Shown: positions 13,658 to 27,341 of the stretch, piece by piece
Position numbering within the stretch: the first letter of the stretch is position 1
Layout: the number at the start of each line of letters is the position of its first letter
Origin: Phoronis australis
Lineage: Eukaryota; Animalia; Phoronida
Length of the DNA stretch: 64,000 nt
NCBI GenBank assembly: GCA_002633005.1
Contig: NMRA01000749.1
Location: forward strand, 62,001-126,000
Reading direction: 5' to 3'
Program-made: the position numbers and the translations under genes
Notes under the pieces: model-generated
What the model saw: only the letters and a program-made list of their open reading frames with translations
Told to the model about the DNA's origin: nothing
Databases searched by the model: none

Positions 13658-14914
13658 GCAAAAAAGGTAATCCAATTCAGAGCCTTTTTTTGAAAACTGC
13701 ATTCGATGTACAATACAAGACTATCTCTTAAAGCAGCTAATAGATAAAATGAACATACAGCAAAGCTCGTCATTTTTTACACACCACTTCACAAATTTTA
13801 TTGATTACGAGGAGGCAGGGATATTGGCGACATGAAAATTGACGGCGAAATTTCCAGACGGCTACTGAAAGAATGGAATAAATTAACATAACTAAGTGCA
13901 CAAGCAACCAATTAGACGATGCCCATTCATACAACACTGACTGGACATGTCCAATAGGGAAGTAATTTTGTGGGCGACAGTTTTCTTAACACAGTTATTC
14001 TCAGCCAGCCAACAATAACAAAAACACCATCCGCTGTAATTCCCATCACCACAGAAGAAATCATGTAAAAGAAAACGGAAGGAACAACAGAAGAGAAATA
14101 CCTACTTTAAAAATACAGAATTATACTGTTATTCGACTCTTGAATTTCTGTGTTTTTTTTTAATTCTCACTGTATTGTCGACAAACTAACTAACTGTAAT
14201 GCTCAAAGATATTCAAATCATACCTGGAAAAAAACTACAGCGTAATATCCACTGATGAAAGAAATGCATTTCATATTTGCGCACCAAGGCTCCGTCACAT
14301 GAAAAGTGACTTTAGAGACTTAAATCAGAAATTTGGTCTTATGCACCCAATTTAAAGTAACCGAGTAAAGTAAAGGTTTAGCTATAAAATTTTAGCACAT
14401 CATCACTGTCTGGAAATAATTAATACAAAATATTTCAGTATCCAGAAGTTGTGGGTATATTATCAGATACTTTGAATTTTGATTAAAGGAACATCAAATT
14501 GTTTTTCAGAAACAGTGAAGCATAGGACTGAAAAATCTAAGTGTTAAGTCACATTGAAACAGGCCCCTGAAGTTTGAAATTGGATTAAGTCAAAGTTGTT
14601 ATTACAACCTTAGACAGTTGTAAACGAATGTTTACCCCAGCGTCATGGTGTACTGCTTTGACTTTGTGAAATACAACTTCTGCGCTGGGCACACTGAGTA
14701 TGGTGGGTACTGGGAACATGCCATGAAAATAAAGTTCATTTTGAATAATTCTGATACAGATGGTATAGTAGTACCCCACATATAAGAACACAATGTGGCA
14801 TACAAGTAGAATTTCATTTTTTCATTTTTCATAATATGTAACACCAAATCAATGTGTTTTCATGTTTTTACTCTGTATCACAATTACCACCATCACATGT
14901 TTTGCACATTTACG

Positions 14915-15010
14915 GCCATACGCAACAATGTCAGAAGCCTTTGAAAAATCAACAAAGGCAATTTTGACAATTATTTTTGTCCAAAATTGTGAGATTTTAC
15001 CACAGTCATT
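14915..15010. repeat. Dispersed repeat shared with 1815-1910
   Basis: Both contain gtcagaagcctttgaaaaatcaa...ggcattttg...atttttgt...gaga.tttacca. Confidence 0.6.
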
Positions 15011-18000
15011 TTTCAGTAATTTCAGCAAAGGATAAGTTGAACATTTTAGTTGCGCTGTAGGTATAATTCATTGTACACATTCTGGAAATTTTTATGGGGT
15101 ATACAATTGAAGTTTTGGTACAACCATGGGCTACCACAGTAAAGTCTTGTACACAACTACCAGAATATATGCACCACCAAGGCTATCTGTTGTCTTTGGA
15201 GATATGTTCTAGGTGCTTCGCACAAGACGTTGCAGGACTCCCTCATTCAAACATGACGTTAATTCATCAGCTACATGAAGGATTATGTCAACACCCATCA
15301 TCTCTGCCGGTGGTCACTTCTGGTAATTGACGTTCATTTTTGACTTGCCATCAGAGAAAACACTGAATAGTTTTTACAGAACTTCTTCAGTCGTTAGAAT
15401 AACACGGCCATATTTATTCTGAATGTGTTCCAGATCTATCAAACAACTCTTGACACACTGACTGGCAGAAATACCAGCACCAATTAATGTCTAATAATAC
15501 AAAAAATCATCACTAACAGAAATTGGCCAATTTACTAGATTTTTTTGTTTGGCAACTCTGAAGACCTGACACGCTGTGCTAACTTGAAGAGATACTTCTG
15601 CCAATTCATGTTCAAGAACTTGTCTATTTACAGAGTGAGGCCACTTTACATAAGAAAGTTTTTTAGCTTGACATTTCCATGCTGGTAATGTCAGAAATAC
15701 AAATGCCATTGAAGGATTGAACAACAAATGTTTCTGAAAGTTCCAAAAATTTAATCAGACTTAAATGACAAATCACTTGAAACATGAGACAAAATAAATG
15801 TTCAACTTCATGTATTTGAAGTGAAAAAGGAGTTTAGTTTTTAAAATCAACCTGCAGCTACAGTACATGAGCACATTTTTATGAAAAATGTAGACTTCAA
15901 GTCTTACATGAAAATTTTTCAGTACCGTGTATTTGAAATTTTACAATTACACACTTTAACAATGACTTTAATGCAATCCGAAATTTGTCAAATAGTAAAC
16001 AAAATTATTTTTGAAATCGAAATAAATGGGGGTAGCGTTAAAGAACAGATCGTTGCTAAGTTACAGATTACATCACAGTCAAAAGATTTTAGAAGTAATT
16101 AACCCAGATTTTTACCCAGTTTTTACAAGAACCCACGAACGAAATGTTAATTTCAAAATGGCAATTTTATGGTCCCACAAGACAATTGTATATAGGTATA
16201 TTACAGATGAGTGTGTATTGGAGTGGAAATGTACCAAGTATTCAGAAAACTAGTTCAGTAGTGAAGTAATTCTGGAGCATTCCTATAAACTTTAGTCTCA
16301 GATAAGATTTCCAAGCAGACAAGGCCATCTTAAAAACCCATTGATCACCAGCAATTTCATTAAAAAACGATAAATCCTCGAACAAAACAATTATTAAAGC
16401 CCACAAGCAAAGTCCGTTACATCCTGTGCTAACCAGAAAGGAAATGAAATTTTCATGGTTGGTAATCACTGCTTTAGAAAAAAAAACTTCAGTAAAACCT
16501 CCGACAATGAAAAGCCAGTCATTCCAACAAGTGAATTACCATTTCTCTTTTAGTTCATGTAATTTTCATTTTTTTATGAAAATCGCAATAGCCCCATTTG
16601 TTTAAGACCTCATACAAAAGTGGAACATTTTAAAATCAATTCCCAACAACATTTTGAAGAATTGGGCATAAAGCGTAGTATTTGCAAGTGTCATATGGAT
16701 TGAATCAGCAAGTTCTGAGATATGATGTTCAACAGTCAGTCAAATTTGTAATTTTTCTCCTTAACCTTAATTGAATTTCACTCAATTCTACCACTACTTT
16801 GTATGAAAAGATCTTCATAATGATACATGTTTCAGCTCTATGCGTTCTTGATCACGTTAATAACACCAGGTGGAAGTTGAGATCAGCTTGTCTTAAAGTT
16901 CAATTTCAAAGGTGAAAGAATCTTGATGAAAAAATCAAAAACATTCCGACAAGATCTAATTACACAAGATTCTTCAAGAACAAGACAGGTCAAACGGTTA
17001 GAGCAATGTGTATAAAGAAGAGACAGAATTAAATACTTGTGCACAGACATCGCAGGTGAGAGGAACCACAACCATCTACAACTACTAAAATATTAACAGG
17101 TGTTGTAGAAATTTGTAAGTCGGCATTCAAAGAACTCAAAAGCCACAATGTATTATCAATGAACTTTTACTTTCTCAAAAAGCACATTCCCCACTCCCCC
17201 GCAGACAGAGACCAGATTATTTCTGCAAACAGATCAAAACTTGCAGTCAACAATGTGGGAGGTGGGAGGTATATGGTAAGGGGATACAGATCCACCAGAC
17301 AGCGGACAAACAATGCAGAGGGGATATGAAATTCTCACATTACCTCACATTACAGCAAAACTGAATGAGCAAGGGGTCCGGATCAAATAGAGCCCACCCC
17401 TAGATCCCTGCTCCCTCCCCCCTGCCGTCACCAACTTTACTCACAGTATACCACCCCTCATGAACAAAGGCCTGATGTAGCCAAAAGTAACATTTTGTAG
17501 AAGTAATTCTTGCATTCTTGTATTTGGAGAAATTTCTAACCACTGGAAGATAATTTTTGGACCTGATTAAGAGTATTTTCTGCAATTTTTAAGCAGTATT
17601 TTCTGCAATTTTTAAGCAGTTTTAATAGGGGAATGTGGCTGATGTTTCACTTCAAAATCGATGCAATGATGGCCCTAGAGCCAGACCGTTTACTTCAAAT
17701 GACACACGTGTAGGCAAAAAAACAACCCCGACTCCTTCGCAGACAAAACCTTAAGGTTTTGGCCACTGATGAACCAATAGCGGTTTTCGCTATTCATGTA
17801 AACCATATCAGCCTACAGGGTTGTTACACTGTTCACGGTTCACGGAATATTATTCATGGTTTGGGGCTACGATTCATTTCATGAAGCCAATATCCTAATG
17901 GCTAAATCTGCACTTGCATTTGTAAACAAGTTGGACTGTAAGTGCTAATAACCAACTCATGAAATACAACTTAGAAGTAAGTCATTACAAGTCACACTTC

Positions 18001-19208
18001 CCAAATTACTCCAAGATATTAAGTTTCTCACATCCTGTGCCCCCAACAAAATACACATCAAAGGAATCGTTTATTACAGGACATGGGCAACAAACGTGTA
18101 TGTTCTAAATCTAAATTAATTTTGTCTTTTTAGAATTCCACGCCACCTTTTTGACTTTAAAAGAAAGTTTGCTATCTAAATACACTAATAAAGCTGAACT
18201 GCATTACAAAGAACCATTGCAGGACTTTCTTTAACTTTTACTACAACCAAATTTTGCCATGTAACAAAACTAACTAGTTGGCTGGCTTGGTTCTTGTGGA
18301 AACCAAAGGAATGTTGTAATCCAGCAAATGTTATTGACCATATGTGTTGCAAAATGGCTTGACTGTAAATAAACGATACCACCATGAAACCTGTTGAATA
18401 AAAATTACTATTTAGAGACAAAATGAACCAAAGAAGACAAAAGAGGTAAAACTCACATGCAATCATTCCAGATTCGGTCCCTGCAACTCCACCTGATCAA
18501 TTTCTTTCCAAAATTCCACTTTTCCATTTCCAACAATCAATAAAAATTCACCAAATATTGGCAACAGATAGACCATCAGTCCCAGAAGCCCCTAGGTCTA
18601 ATTCACAACAACACAAGCCCTCCACACACCACAGCACTGAAATCGCATTAAGCATGACGGACTATAAGACCTGGATGTCTTGGCAAGCTCATCATTGCTA
18701 TGACAGATGCAGATGTTCCTCCGAGAGATCTTATCTTAAGATCAATTTCTTGTCTAATAAATTAAATTGCATTGGCTTCTCAGGGGATTTCAACCATTCT
18801 CCTCCATACCATATTAGTAACTACTCTAGCTCCCTGTTAATAAGTTAATGTATAACTTCAATAACTGACAAAAACTGCTCCTGCAAATTCATTTTAACAA
18901 GACTGCATTCATTCTGAAAGGCAACCTGGTGTCTAACATCACTAATACTCAAAGCCAGCTGAGCCATTTACAGTATATGTGTGAACTCGTTTGTCAACAA
19001 ATTTCATAATATTATGAAATGAGCCCAAAGACAACAAGAGCTGTTCAATGACAATTCAACACTAGAACAGCTGGCCAATGAAATTACAAAGCAAAGCACA
19101 CAAAGCACCAGGTGGTGATTGGATAAGCATCTAAGGGTGCTAACACAAGCAACACTCTTGTCTACTGTGAATTAAACATCCCATGATGGGAACTGATTGG
19201 AGCCTAAG

Positions 19209-19610
19209 GGTGAGCAAAGAGCTACGTGCTTCCACTGAAAATTAGCTCAGCTCATAGCTCATGTCTGCAGCAAAATGAACTGTGAAAATTTTGCATCGCC
19301 AGGCGGGGAGGTGGATATCTCACTTGTAGAATTTCTTTTATCTAGAGAAGGTAAATCTACACAGTATGTGGCTGAGGTTAGCTTAGTGCTCCCTGGTTTA
19401 CCTTTGATAGCCAATGAAAGCTAATTATTGCATCACCTGACAACAACAAATCTCTTCTAACCAAGTGTACACATTGACATTGATTACCAGTGTAAGTGAC
19501 TGGTCAGTGAGCATTTTGCTCACTGTGTGTAACTCACATCGAGCTATGAGCTGAGCTGCAGCTAACTTGACCATGACAGCTCAGTTTGCAGCTACTCATC
19601 AGCGCTCACC
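19209..19610. mobile_element. Degraded MITE
   Basis: Termini GGTGAGC...GCTCACC and inner inverted pair agctcagctcatagctc / gagctatgagctgagct. Confidence 0.6.
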
Positions 19611-20321
19611 ATAAAATGTGGTTGACCAGAGACTCGAGATCATCAAAATAACCTATTGAAATCACAAAATTTTGGGGGTCTCGTGTGGGACAGGTTAGTA
19701 GTGACGTGCCGGCAACATAGGAGGCTATTTACTTTGCTATCTCTAGTATTGCTGTGTGTAGGTATTTTTGGCATTTTAACATTGATGGTATCATCGTTTA
19801 ACAAGAGTAGCTGAACTGAGAGGTGACTGGGGGTGAGGTATTCCCTCAGGTACTCCTTTCCCAACTTGGTCACCTATTATGTCATCTGCATTGTGTATAC
19901 ATGCCAGTACACAATGACATAACATTACCTGGACAAGAACTCCCTGTATACAGGATCTTACAAGGACTGCACACAACAGTTTCTGACATGGACAAGCTTT
20001 ATTACACAAGTGTAAACCAAGACTAATCCTTTAAGTCACCACTAAGCTTATTTTTGTATTCCACCATCAATATTTATGGACCTGTTGATATTTGACACAT
20101 TACATGTGAGAAAGAGGACAAGAGCATTACATGTTGCCTGTTTAAGGATTGAATTTTCTTGCTACCATAAATAGGACTTCCCGTTTTTTACTACAGAATG
20201 AGAGTTATAAATTTTTAACCACTGATTTTTCCAACACATATATCAATGCTTTCTCCAGACGGAATCTTTACAACACTCGAGGCCCTTGACTGCAACAAGT
20301 CAAATGAAATCAGGTCAGTTA

Positions 20322-21441
20322 GTAGGGCTAGTGGTCTTTAGGTGGGGCCAGCGGTCTGTGGGTGGGGCCAGTGGTCTGTAGGTGGGGCCAGTGGTCTGTG
20401 GGTGGGGCCAATGGTCTGTGGGTGGGGTCAGCGGTCTGTNNNNNNNNNNNNNNNNNNNNNNNNNNNNNNNNNNNNNNNNNNNNNNNNNNNNNNNNNNNNN
20501 NNNNNNNNNNNNNNNNNNNNNNNNNNNNNNNNNNNNNNNNNNNNNNNNNNNNNNNNNNNNNNNNNNNNNNNNNNNNNNNNNNNNNNNNNNNNNNNNNNNN
20601 NNNNNNNNNNNNNNNNNNNNNNNNNNNNNNNNNNNNNNNNNNNNNNNNNNNNNNNNNNNNNNNNNNNNNNNNNNNNNNNNNNNNNNNNNNNNNNNNNNNN
20701 NNNNNNNNNNNNNNNNNNNNNNNNNNNNNNNNNNNNNNNNNNNNNNNNNNNNNNNNNNNNNNNNNNNNNNNNNNNNNNNNNNNNNNNNNNNNNNNNNNNN
20801 NNNNNNNNNNNNNNNNNNNNNNNNNNNNNNNNNNNNNNNNNNNNNNNNNNNNNNNNNNNNNNNNNNNNNNNNNNNNNNNNNNNNNNNNNNNNNNNNNNNN
20901 NNNNNNNNNNNNNNNNNNNNNNNNNNNNNNNNNNNNNNNNNNNNNNNNNNNNNNNNNNNNNNNNNNNNNNNNNNNNNNNNNNNNNNNNNNNNNNNNNNNN
21001 NNNNNNNNNNNNNNNNNNNNNNNNNNNNNNNNNNNNNNNNNNNNNNNNNNNNNNNNNNNNNNNNNNNNNNNNNNNNNNNNNNNNNNNNNNNNNNNNNNNN
21101 NNNNNNNNNNNNNNNTGGGTAGGGCCGGTGGTCTGTGGGTAGGGCCGGTGGTCTGTGGGTAGGGACAGTGGTATGTGGGTAGGGCCAGTGGTCTGCGGGT
21201 AGGGCCAGTGGTCTGTGGGTAGGGTTAGTGGTCTGTAGGTTGGTCTAGTGGTCTGTAAGTAGGGCCAGTGGTCTGTAGGTAGGGCCAGTGGTCTGTAGGA
21301 AGAACCAGTGGTCTGTAGGTTGGTCTAGTGGTCTGTAAGAAGGGCTAGTGGTCTGTAGGTAGAGCCAGTGGTCTGTAGGTAGGGCTAGTGGTCTGTAGGT
21401 TGGGCTAGTGGTCTGTAGGTAGGACTAGTGGTCTGTAGGTA
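20322..21441. repeat. 20-bp minisatellite (agggccagtggtctgtaggt) spanning an N-gap (20440-21115)
   Basis: Tandem units visible on both sides of the gap. Confidence 0.95.
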
Positions 21442-23100
21442 CTAGTTTAGTCAAGATTCCAATGCAATGAATTTCCCAATTTTATCAAGCTTAACTGAAG
21501 ACTTGATTGCACTTTGTACAGTAATTAAAAGCACCTGGTGTGCAGCTGACAGCGGAAATGTTAATTCATCAAGTTCGTCATTAGACGGGTACCAGTCCAG
21601 TTGTGGAGCGGCAAGCAAAATGCATTACATGATGATGAGACATTGTCAATTAATTCAATGGATTTCTTTACAAAGGAAATAAGAGAAATTAGTGTCTAGT
21701 AGATAAATATCAGAGACTAATTAGCTGAACATCAATTAAGATAAAACCCTGCACCACAATCCTAACTTTGATCTCAGCAACTGCTCAAAAATGTCCCTCA
21801 CATGGCAGCTGTGCAGCTGTACACAACTAATTTGAGGCTACTGATGATAACACTAAATTCCACTTTTCTACTTTATCACGTAAATGATCTTCAATAAAAT
21901 ACACATGACAGTGGCAGACAAGTGAAATCTAATGAAACGTTAATTCGATTTTATCTATGGCATGGTTGTACTATGCAAATATCACAGCATAAAACATAAA
22001 TTACATGATGAGCAACCCGTAATCAGCCATCGAAAAATGGAACAGTGAAATTTTGGCAATTATTTTGTTGGCAATTGAAGAGAGATTGCATATTCAAATC
22101 AAGTCAAAGGATTTTATCGAAACTAGCACTAAGGAACTTCACTTGGATGAATTAGAATCATCAAATTTTAAAGAGAAAATTCCAGATGTTTTTTATATAA
22201 ATTTTCATGTTCAGCTAAAAAAAATTTACCTCAAGGCTAACTGAACATAGAGACAATGTAATAACAGAGCAGATGATGAAGACATTGAATGCAACAAGAC
22301 ACCATAATCAGAATGCTGGGACAAAAGTTGATTAATTACTGTAACCAATTTTTGTCAATTCCTAATGGACATTTTAAGATATGACCTTATAAGATAGATT
22401 TGTTCAAAACTAACAAAGGTTTCCATTTACTCAAATGGAAGTATTTTGTCAAAAGCAATTATCACAATGTGACATTTTATGTTATCACAATGACAAATTA
22501 CCATGTGAAAGCTGTTTTTGCAGAGACACCATACAGAAAACATCCACCACTGTAGTGGTATGACGTAGTGGCACATTGAGATGTTTCTCATGATGACACT
22601 CCAAATCTTAGTGGAGACAAAAATAGACACCATTTCAACTGCTTATTTTGGTTGCAATGACAAACACGACATGGGTTTTATTGGGTCATTGAAACCAACA
22701 CCTTCATGTCATAACAATAGCTGACAATTATACTGAAAGCAGACGTGGCAAAAAAATCATGCCACTTTTTATCTTCCCTAGTAAAAATGCACTGGAATGT
22801 AACAGCAATTACGAACCCGATCAAGAGGCATGATTTAACAACCTGAATTAATATATTGTGTTACCAACGGTATTTCAAGGGAGTTGTAGGAAACAGGAAA
22901 CATGCAGATGGTGGACGCCCAACATTTCTCTAGTGGGAATATCAACAAAAGGCAGATGGAACAGGTGCAAGGATTAAATGCAGCCATCAGAAAGACTGTG
23001 TGTAAATGGTGATGACACACATATCCTCATGGAAATACAAACACATCAGTGCTCATAGCTCCATCTGTTGGACCAACAGAGGAAAAATTAAAGTACTTAC

Positions 23101-23141
23101 ATGCTCCTCAATGTCAATTTGATGTCTCGAAATGATGACAT
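23101..23141 (-). CDS. Weak candidate alternative first exon (MSSFRDIKLTLRS-M)
   Basis: ATG ... AGC AT|gtaagt, phase 2. Could be chance. Confidence 0.25.
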
Positions 23142-23670
23142 TTATTAATAAATTTCCACCCGCATTGAGCCAATAATTCACTTTAATTGAGGTAGTAAAC
23201 AAGAAATTAGGTAAATTTGTCACGTGATCTATTGCATCGTCACAAGACAACCATGGAATGGTTAGCAGTGGTCGACAACTGAACTGCGTTGTTCGATACC
23301 ACCACGCTAAATAAATTCATCTCAAACTTGTCAATAGAGTCAGAGTTCTTCACCAGCCGTCATTAATAACAGAGTTGATTTGTGTGGACATTGTGCATAC
23401 AAAAGGTTCTCACTTATTGTGTCAGATTCGTGTTTGTCTCTTATTGACGTACAATTCCACTGTGTTCTGTTTTCAACAAGACAACTGCGTAACATCACAG
23501 CGTGAATAAAATCATAAATCTACACAATTAAGAGAAAATTAATTAATTAAGAACACAATGTTAAATAGACACAATGAAATGGAATTTCATTCTGTCAAAA
23601 TTTCTCCCCTAAACTTTTTTAAGCATCTTGTTAGCATAACTTTACGGTACATCCGCCAACAAACAACATA

Positions 23671-24900
23671 CCGTCTTTGCCCTAATAAGTGCCCATGCAC
23701 CTATAAGCGCCCCCCCCAAGCATTTTCCGACTTTGCTAAAGTTTAGCACTCAGCCTACGAACGTGTACATGAGAAAAATGCCGTACCTACAGTTGTAAAA
23801 TTGTACAGTAATGTCTTCAATAAGTTCAATTTATCAATAAGATCCGACAGTCTTGAAAAATCATTGTGCGTGGAATTCGCTGATCACAAGCCTCCTCACT
23901 TTGCCAGTAGCCATGACTATACACTTCAAACTTCCGCCATGCTTCAAAAAGAACGCATAAGTTTTGCTGATCTTGCGAGGAATGTATCCCATTATGGACT
24001 GGCCTTTCAAAACAGATACAGCGTTCTTGTCAACGGGATTGTATTGTATCTTTCCCATACAGATCTTCTCTCTCAACAGGAATCTAAATTTCTTTGTACA
24101 CGTGAAAACCGCGAATCGAAGACTAATAAAAAACTTAATCAGTGTTAAAAGCACGTGGCCAGGAAGCGGGCGCTACATTGGCATGTACCTGTCATGGAAG
24201 ACATTAGTTGGGAACTATCTATTCATGAAACAGGAAGAATAGCATCGGCAAGAAATAAATATTTGCATTAATTTCCAAGATTCTAATACAGTAAAAAACT
24301 TTTGCGTTACTTTGAAGAGGAATTATTTAATTCATCATAACTGTGTTTTTAAAGTCAAATGACTCACTGATATTGAACACTTCCACACCCTTACAACTCG
24401 AATCACCCGGAAAATATCTGTTCGACTATCACGCATCCAGTCACCCAGCGACTCAATGACATTTACCGTAAATTTGCGGGTTAACGCCTTGGCGCTTAAA
24501 TTGGGAAACCCTAAGACAGGGGGGTGGGTAGTGGTCGCTTAAAACGAAAAATTCGCAAAAAGTCGGGAGTGGGCGATTACAGAAGCAGTGGGCGCTTACG
24601 TCAAAGTTTTAGCTGAACTGGGCAAGCTCGTGGGTGTTCATACAAGCACGGAACTTCCGTTAAACAGCAGGACCCGACAACCACAAAGTTTCTCACGCCT
24701 CAAACAGAAACGGGATTTCAACTCTGAAAGGGTGACTTCGCGAGAACGTTGCTAAAAACTCATATTTCAGTTTTGCGATGCTCATTATTTTGACGCTAAT
24801 ACATAGATATTCAATTTACCGTATTCACCCAAATAAGCGCTCAAGGTGGTTAGAAAATTTAGTTTCAAGGAGTTAGGCGCTTATTGTAGCCTAAAGCATT
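23671..24900. mobile_element. Cluster of TA-CCGT-terminated DNA transposon remnants (pogo/Tc1-mariner-like ends)
   Basis: ta|CCGTCTTTGCCCTAATAAGTGCCC...ATAAGCGCCC at 23671; related starts taCCGTAAATT near 24465 and taCCGTATTCACCCAAATAAGCGC near 24818; repeated TAAGCGCCC/GGGCGCTTA motifs. Right termini not resolved. Confidence 0.55.
23850..24122 (-). pseudogene. Decayed HIRAN-like domain ORF
   Basis: SSIRGFHVYKEI*IPVEREDL (TAG at 24084-24086 where W is expected), frameshift, then YNPVDKNAVSVLKGQSIMGYIPRKISKTYAFFLKHGGSLKCIV. Matches the HIRAN pattern RG.H.Y...W...N..D.NAV.V...G..PR. Confidence 0.75.
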
Positions 24901-25378
24901 TGAAAGCCAGTTCTCCGAAATGGGTGAAATCGGAAGCTAGGATTCATCAAATTTACACTGAGTGACGTATCTGTAACCTCATGACAAAACTTTCTACAAA
25001 ATTGTGGTGTATTGCTATCAAACTTCATTGTTAACTTACGATTATTTTTCAAAAATTTGTGCTGAAATCCCAGGGCAAAAACTCTGATGTGTCACTACCT
25101 CGCGATCGTCGATACGGCAACTAAAATATGACAATTTTCATAATTATTTTTGTCTCAAATTGAAGTTTCACCAACTTTCCATTTCTTTACATGACATAGT
25201 TGAATCATAGTATAGCCACTGGACTAATAGTGGATGATTTACAAGCATCACATAACGTAATAATAACATATAACTGAGAGTAAACTAAAATAAAGTATTG
25301 CCCAAAATGGGATGGAAAAATTATAAACATTTTATTTCATGCTCTCCTCTTTCAGATAATTATCACACACATTAGCAT

Positions 25379-25863
25379 CAGGCCTTTATCCAGGATTTTG
25401 AAAATAGGGTGTCCAAAATGGGGTTCCCATATTCCAGGGCGTCCATGATTCCGATGCGTAACCCCCCCACCCTCAGCAATACCCCCAAACACACAGATTT
25501 TTTTACAAAAAATGTATAGATCAAGGTTTTTACATCTAAGTTTATGAAACAGCCTTCCATGGTGAGCATTTTTACTAAAAAAAACTGTGTAGACCAAGAC
25601 TTTACAATGCTGTCAATCAAGTGTCAAAATAGCAACAATACTTTGTATATGCATTGTATATTTCCTTCTGCTTTGAAAAAAGAGCCCCCACTGTGAGCCT
25701 TCAGAGACTTCTTAGTATTCATTACAATGTGTGTATCCAAACTTGAAAGGTTCCTATTGATAGTGGGCGTCCAAATGATACATTGGGCGTCCTTTCTAGG
25801 GCGTCCAGATTAGTGCTAGGGCGTCCATTTGGATGCCCAGGACGTACACTGCATAAAGGCCAG
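25379..25863. mobile_element. Non-autonomous hAT (MITE), copy 1
   Basis: Termini CAGGCCTTTAT...ATAAAGGCCAG; perfect 8-bp TSD ATTAGCAT (25371-25378 and 25864-25871). Confidence 0.92.
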
Positions 25864-27227
25864 ATTAGCATATAATAATCACACACAATAGACGTGATCA
25901 CAATCTATGTGAAAATAAAGGTTCAATTATTAACTTACAAGCCTTAAATGTGGTCATACAAAAAGGGCTGTCCATATTCGCAGTCATTGTACTTGCTTTT
26001 CGCTTGAGGATAAGTTTAGAATTGAGCAGGATAACAGTAAAATTAATCCAACTTCAAAAAATTCAACCTGCTTCCATATTCATTAAACTGAATGGGGAAC
26101 TTGAAATTCACTTGTGACTAGTTACGGTAATTTTATATGTATGAGATAGGGTAAGGGAATCCCATACCCTCATCCTCATTTAGGAAAATAATAATACTGC
26201 ATAATTCAAAGTTTCTTGGTGATTTTTTACTAATGGAAGAGGAACTATATAACTCATGTAACAGTTGTCAAGATACCTAAATGTCTAATTCAGGAATTTC
26301 AATTTGCATAGGGCAGATCTAATGAATGTCTTAGGAAATTTCTTGTACACTTCTATGATGAAGTCCTGAGAAACACATGTCAAAATTAAAAGGCAGCCAT
26401 CTTGCAATTACAAAGCCATATGATATTTATTTATAGTTTCCCAGTAGGATATGTGATAACAGCAGGTACTTGAGACTAGAAATCAATTTCCATCATCGTT
26501 GGTGGCGGGCAAGAACGTTCAACGATCAGGCAGGTGCCCATTGGTGCTCTATTCACAGACAAGTATAAATATACTGAGTCTGAACATCAGGTGCATCTAT
26601 ATATTGATTATACACGCATGTGAGAACAATGTTTACAATAGCAGTGAAGGATTAATCTTGTATTAAATATCTAGCAGGGATTTCTATAATCATCGTTAAA
26701 TTATTTGCAGTGGACGAGTGCTTCTAGCCATGTAGCTATCTTCAATTAGTTACAAGTTCACATAACCAACCAACCTACTGGTTCATTAGATAACAAAACA
26801 TCATCAAATTTAATTTATTAAGTTAATGATACTTTATAGTTGCAGTTTAATCAAAAAGTAAAGGTTTTACAAACTGAATGCAAAAGCTTAAAAAAACAAA
26901 TAACAACTATGATGAATCAATTCAGTGTACTCTCTTAGTGTGTTCAAACATGGCTGAGTCATATTTGAAAATATTGAGCCATGTTTGAAACAATTGATTT
27001 TTCAGCCTTTTATCAGACTTTATGACGGTAATAGTACTCCATGCAATGTGGAATTTTATTTTTTGTTGTCCTGCTGCAAAAATGATTGCCACTTGCTCGG
27101 CCAGTGAAATTGGTGACACAAAAGAAGATGGTAATGCAAAAACACAACATGCAATTTAAGGTATATGTAGGTTAGGATTTTTGCTCAAGAGAACATTGTA
27201 AGAAAACAGGTATGGCGTGTNCTTGCG

Positions 27228-27341
27228 AGATTCCCTCATTTGTCACAGATTCCCTCATTTGTCACAGATTCCCTCATTTGTCACAGATTCCCTCATTTGT
27301 CACAGATTCCCTCATTTGTCACAGATTCCCTCATTTGTCAC
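27228..27341. repeat. 19-bp perfect tandem repeat (agattccctcatttgtcac) x6
   Basis: Direct inspection; adjacent single N at 27221. Confidence 0.95.

Noticed and set aside
20342-21162. 266-aa and 246-aa ORFs
   Set aside because: Artefacts of an N-gap inside a minisatellite.
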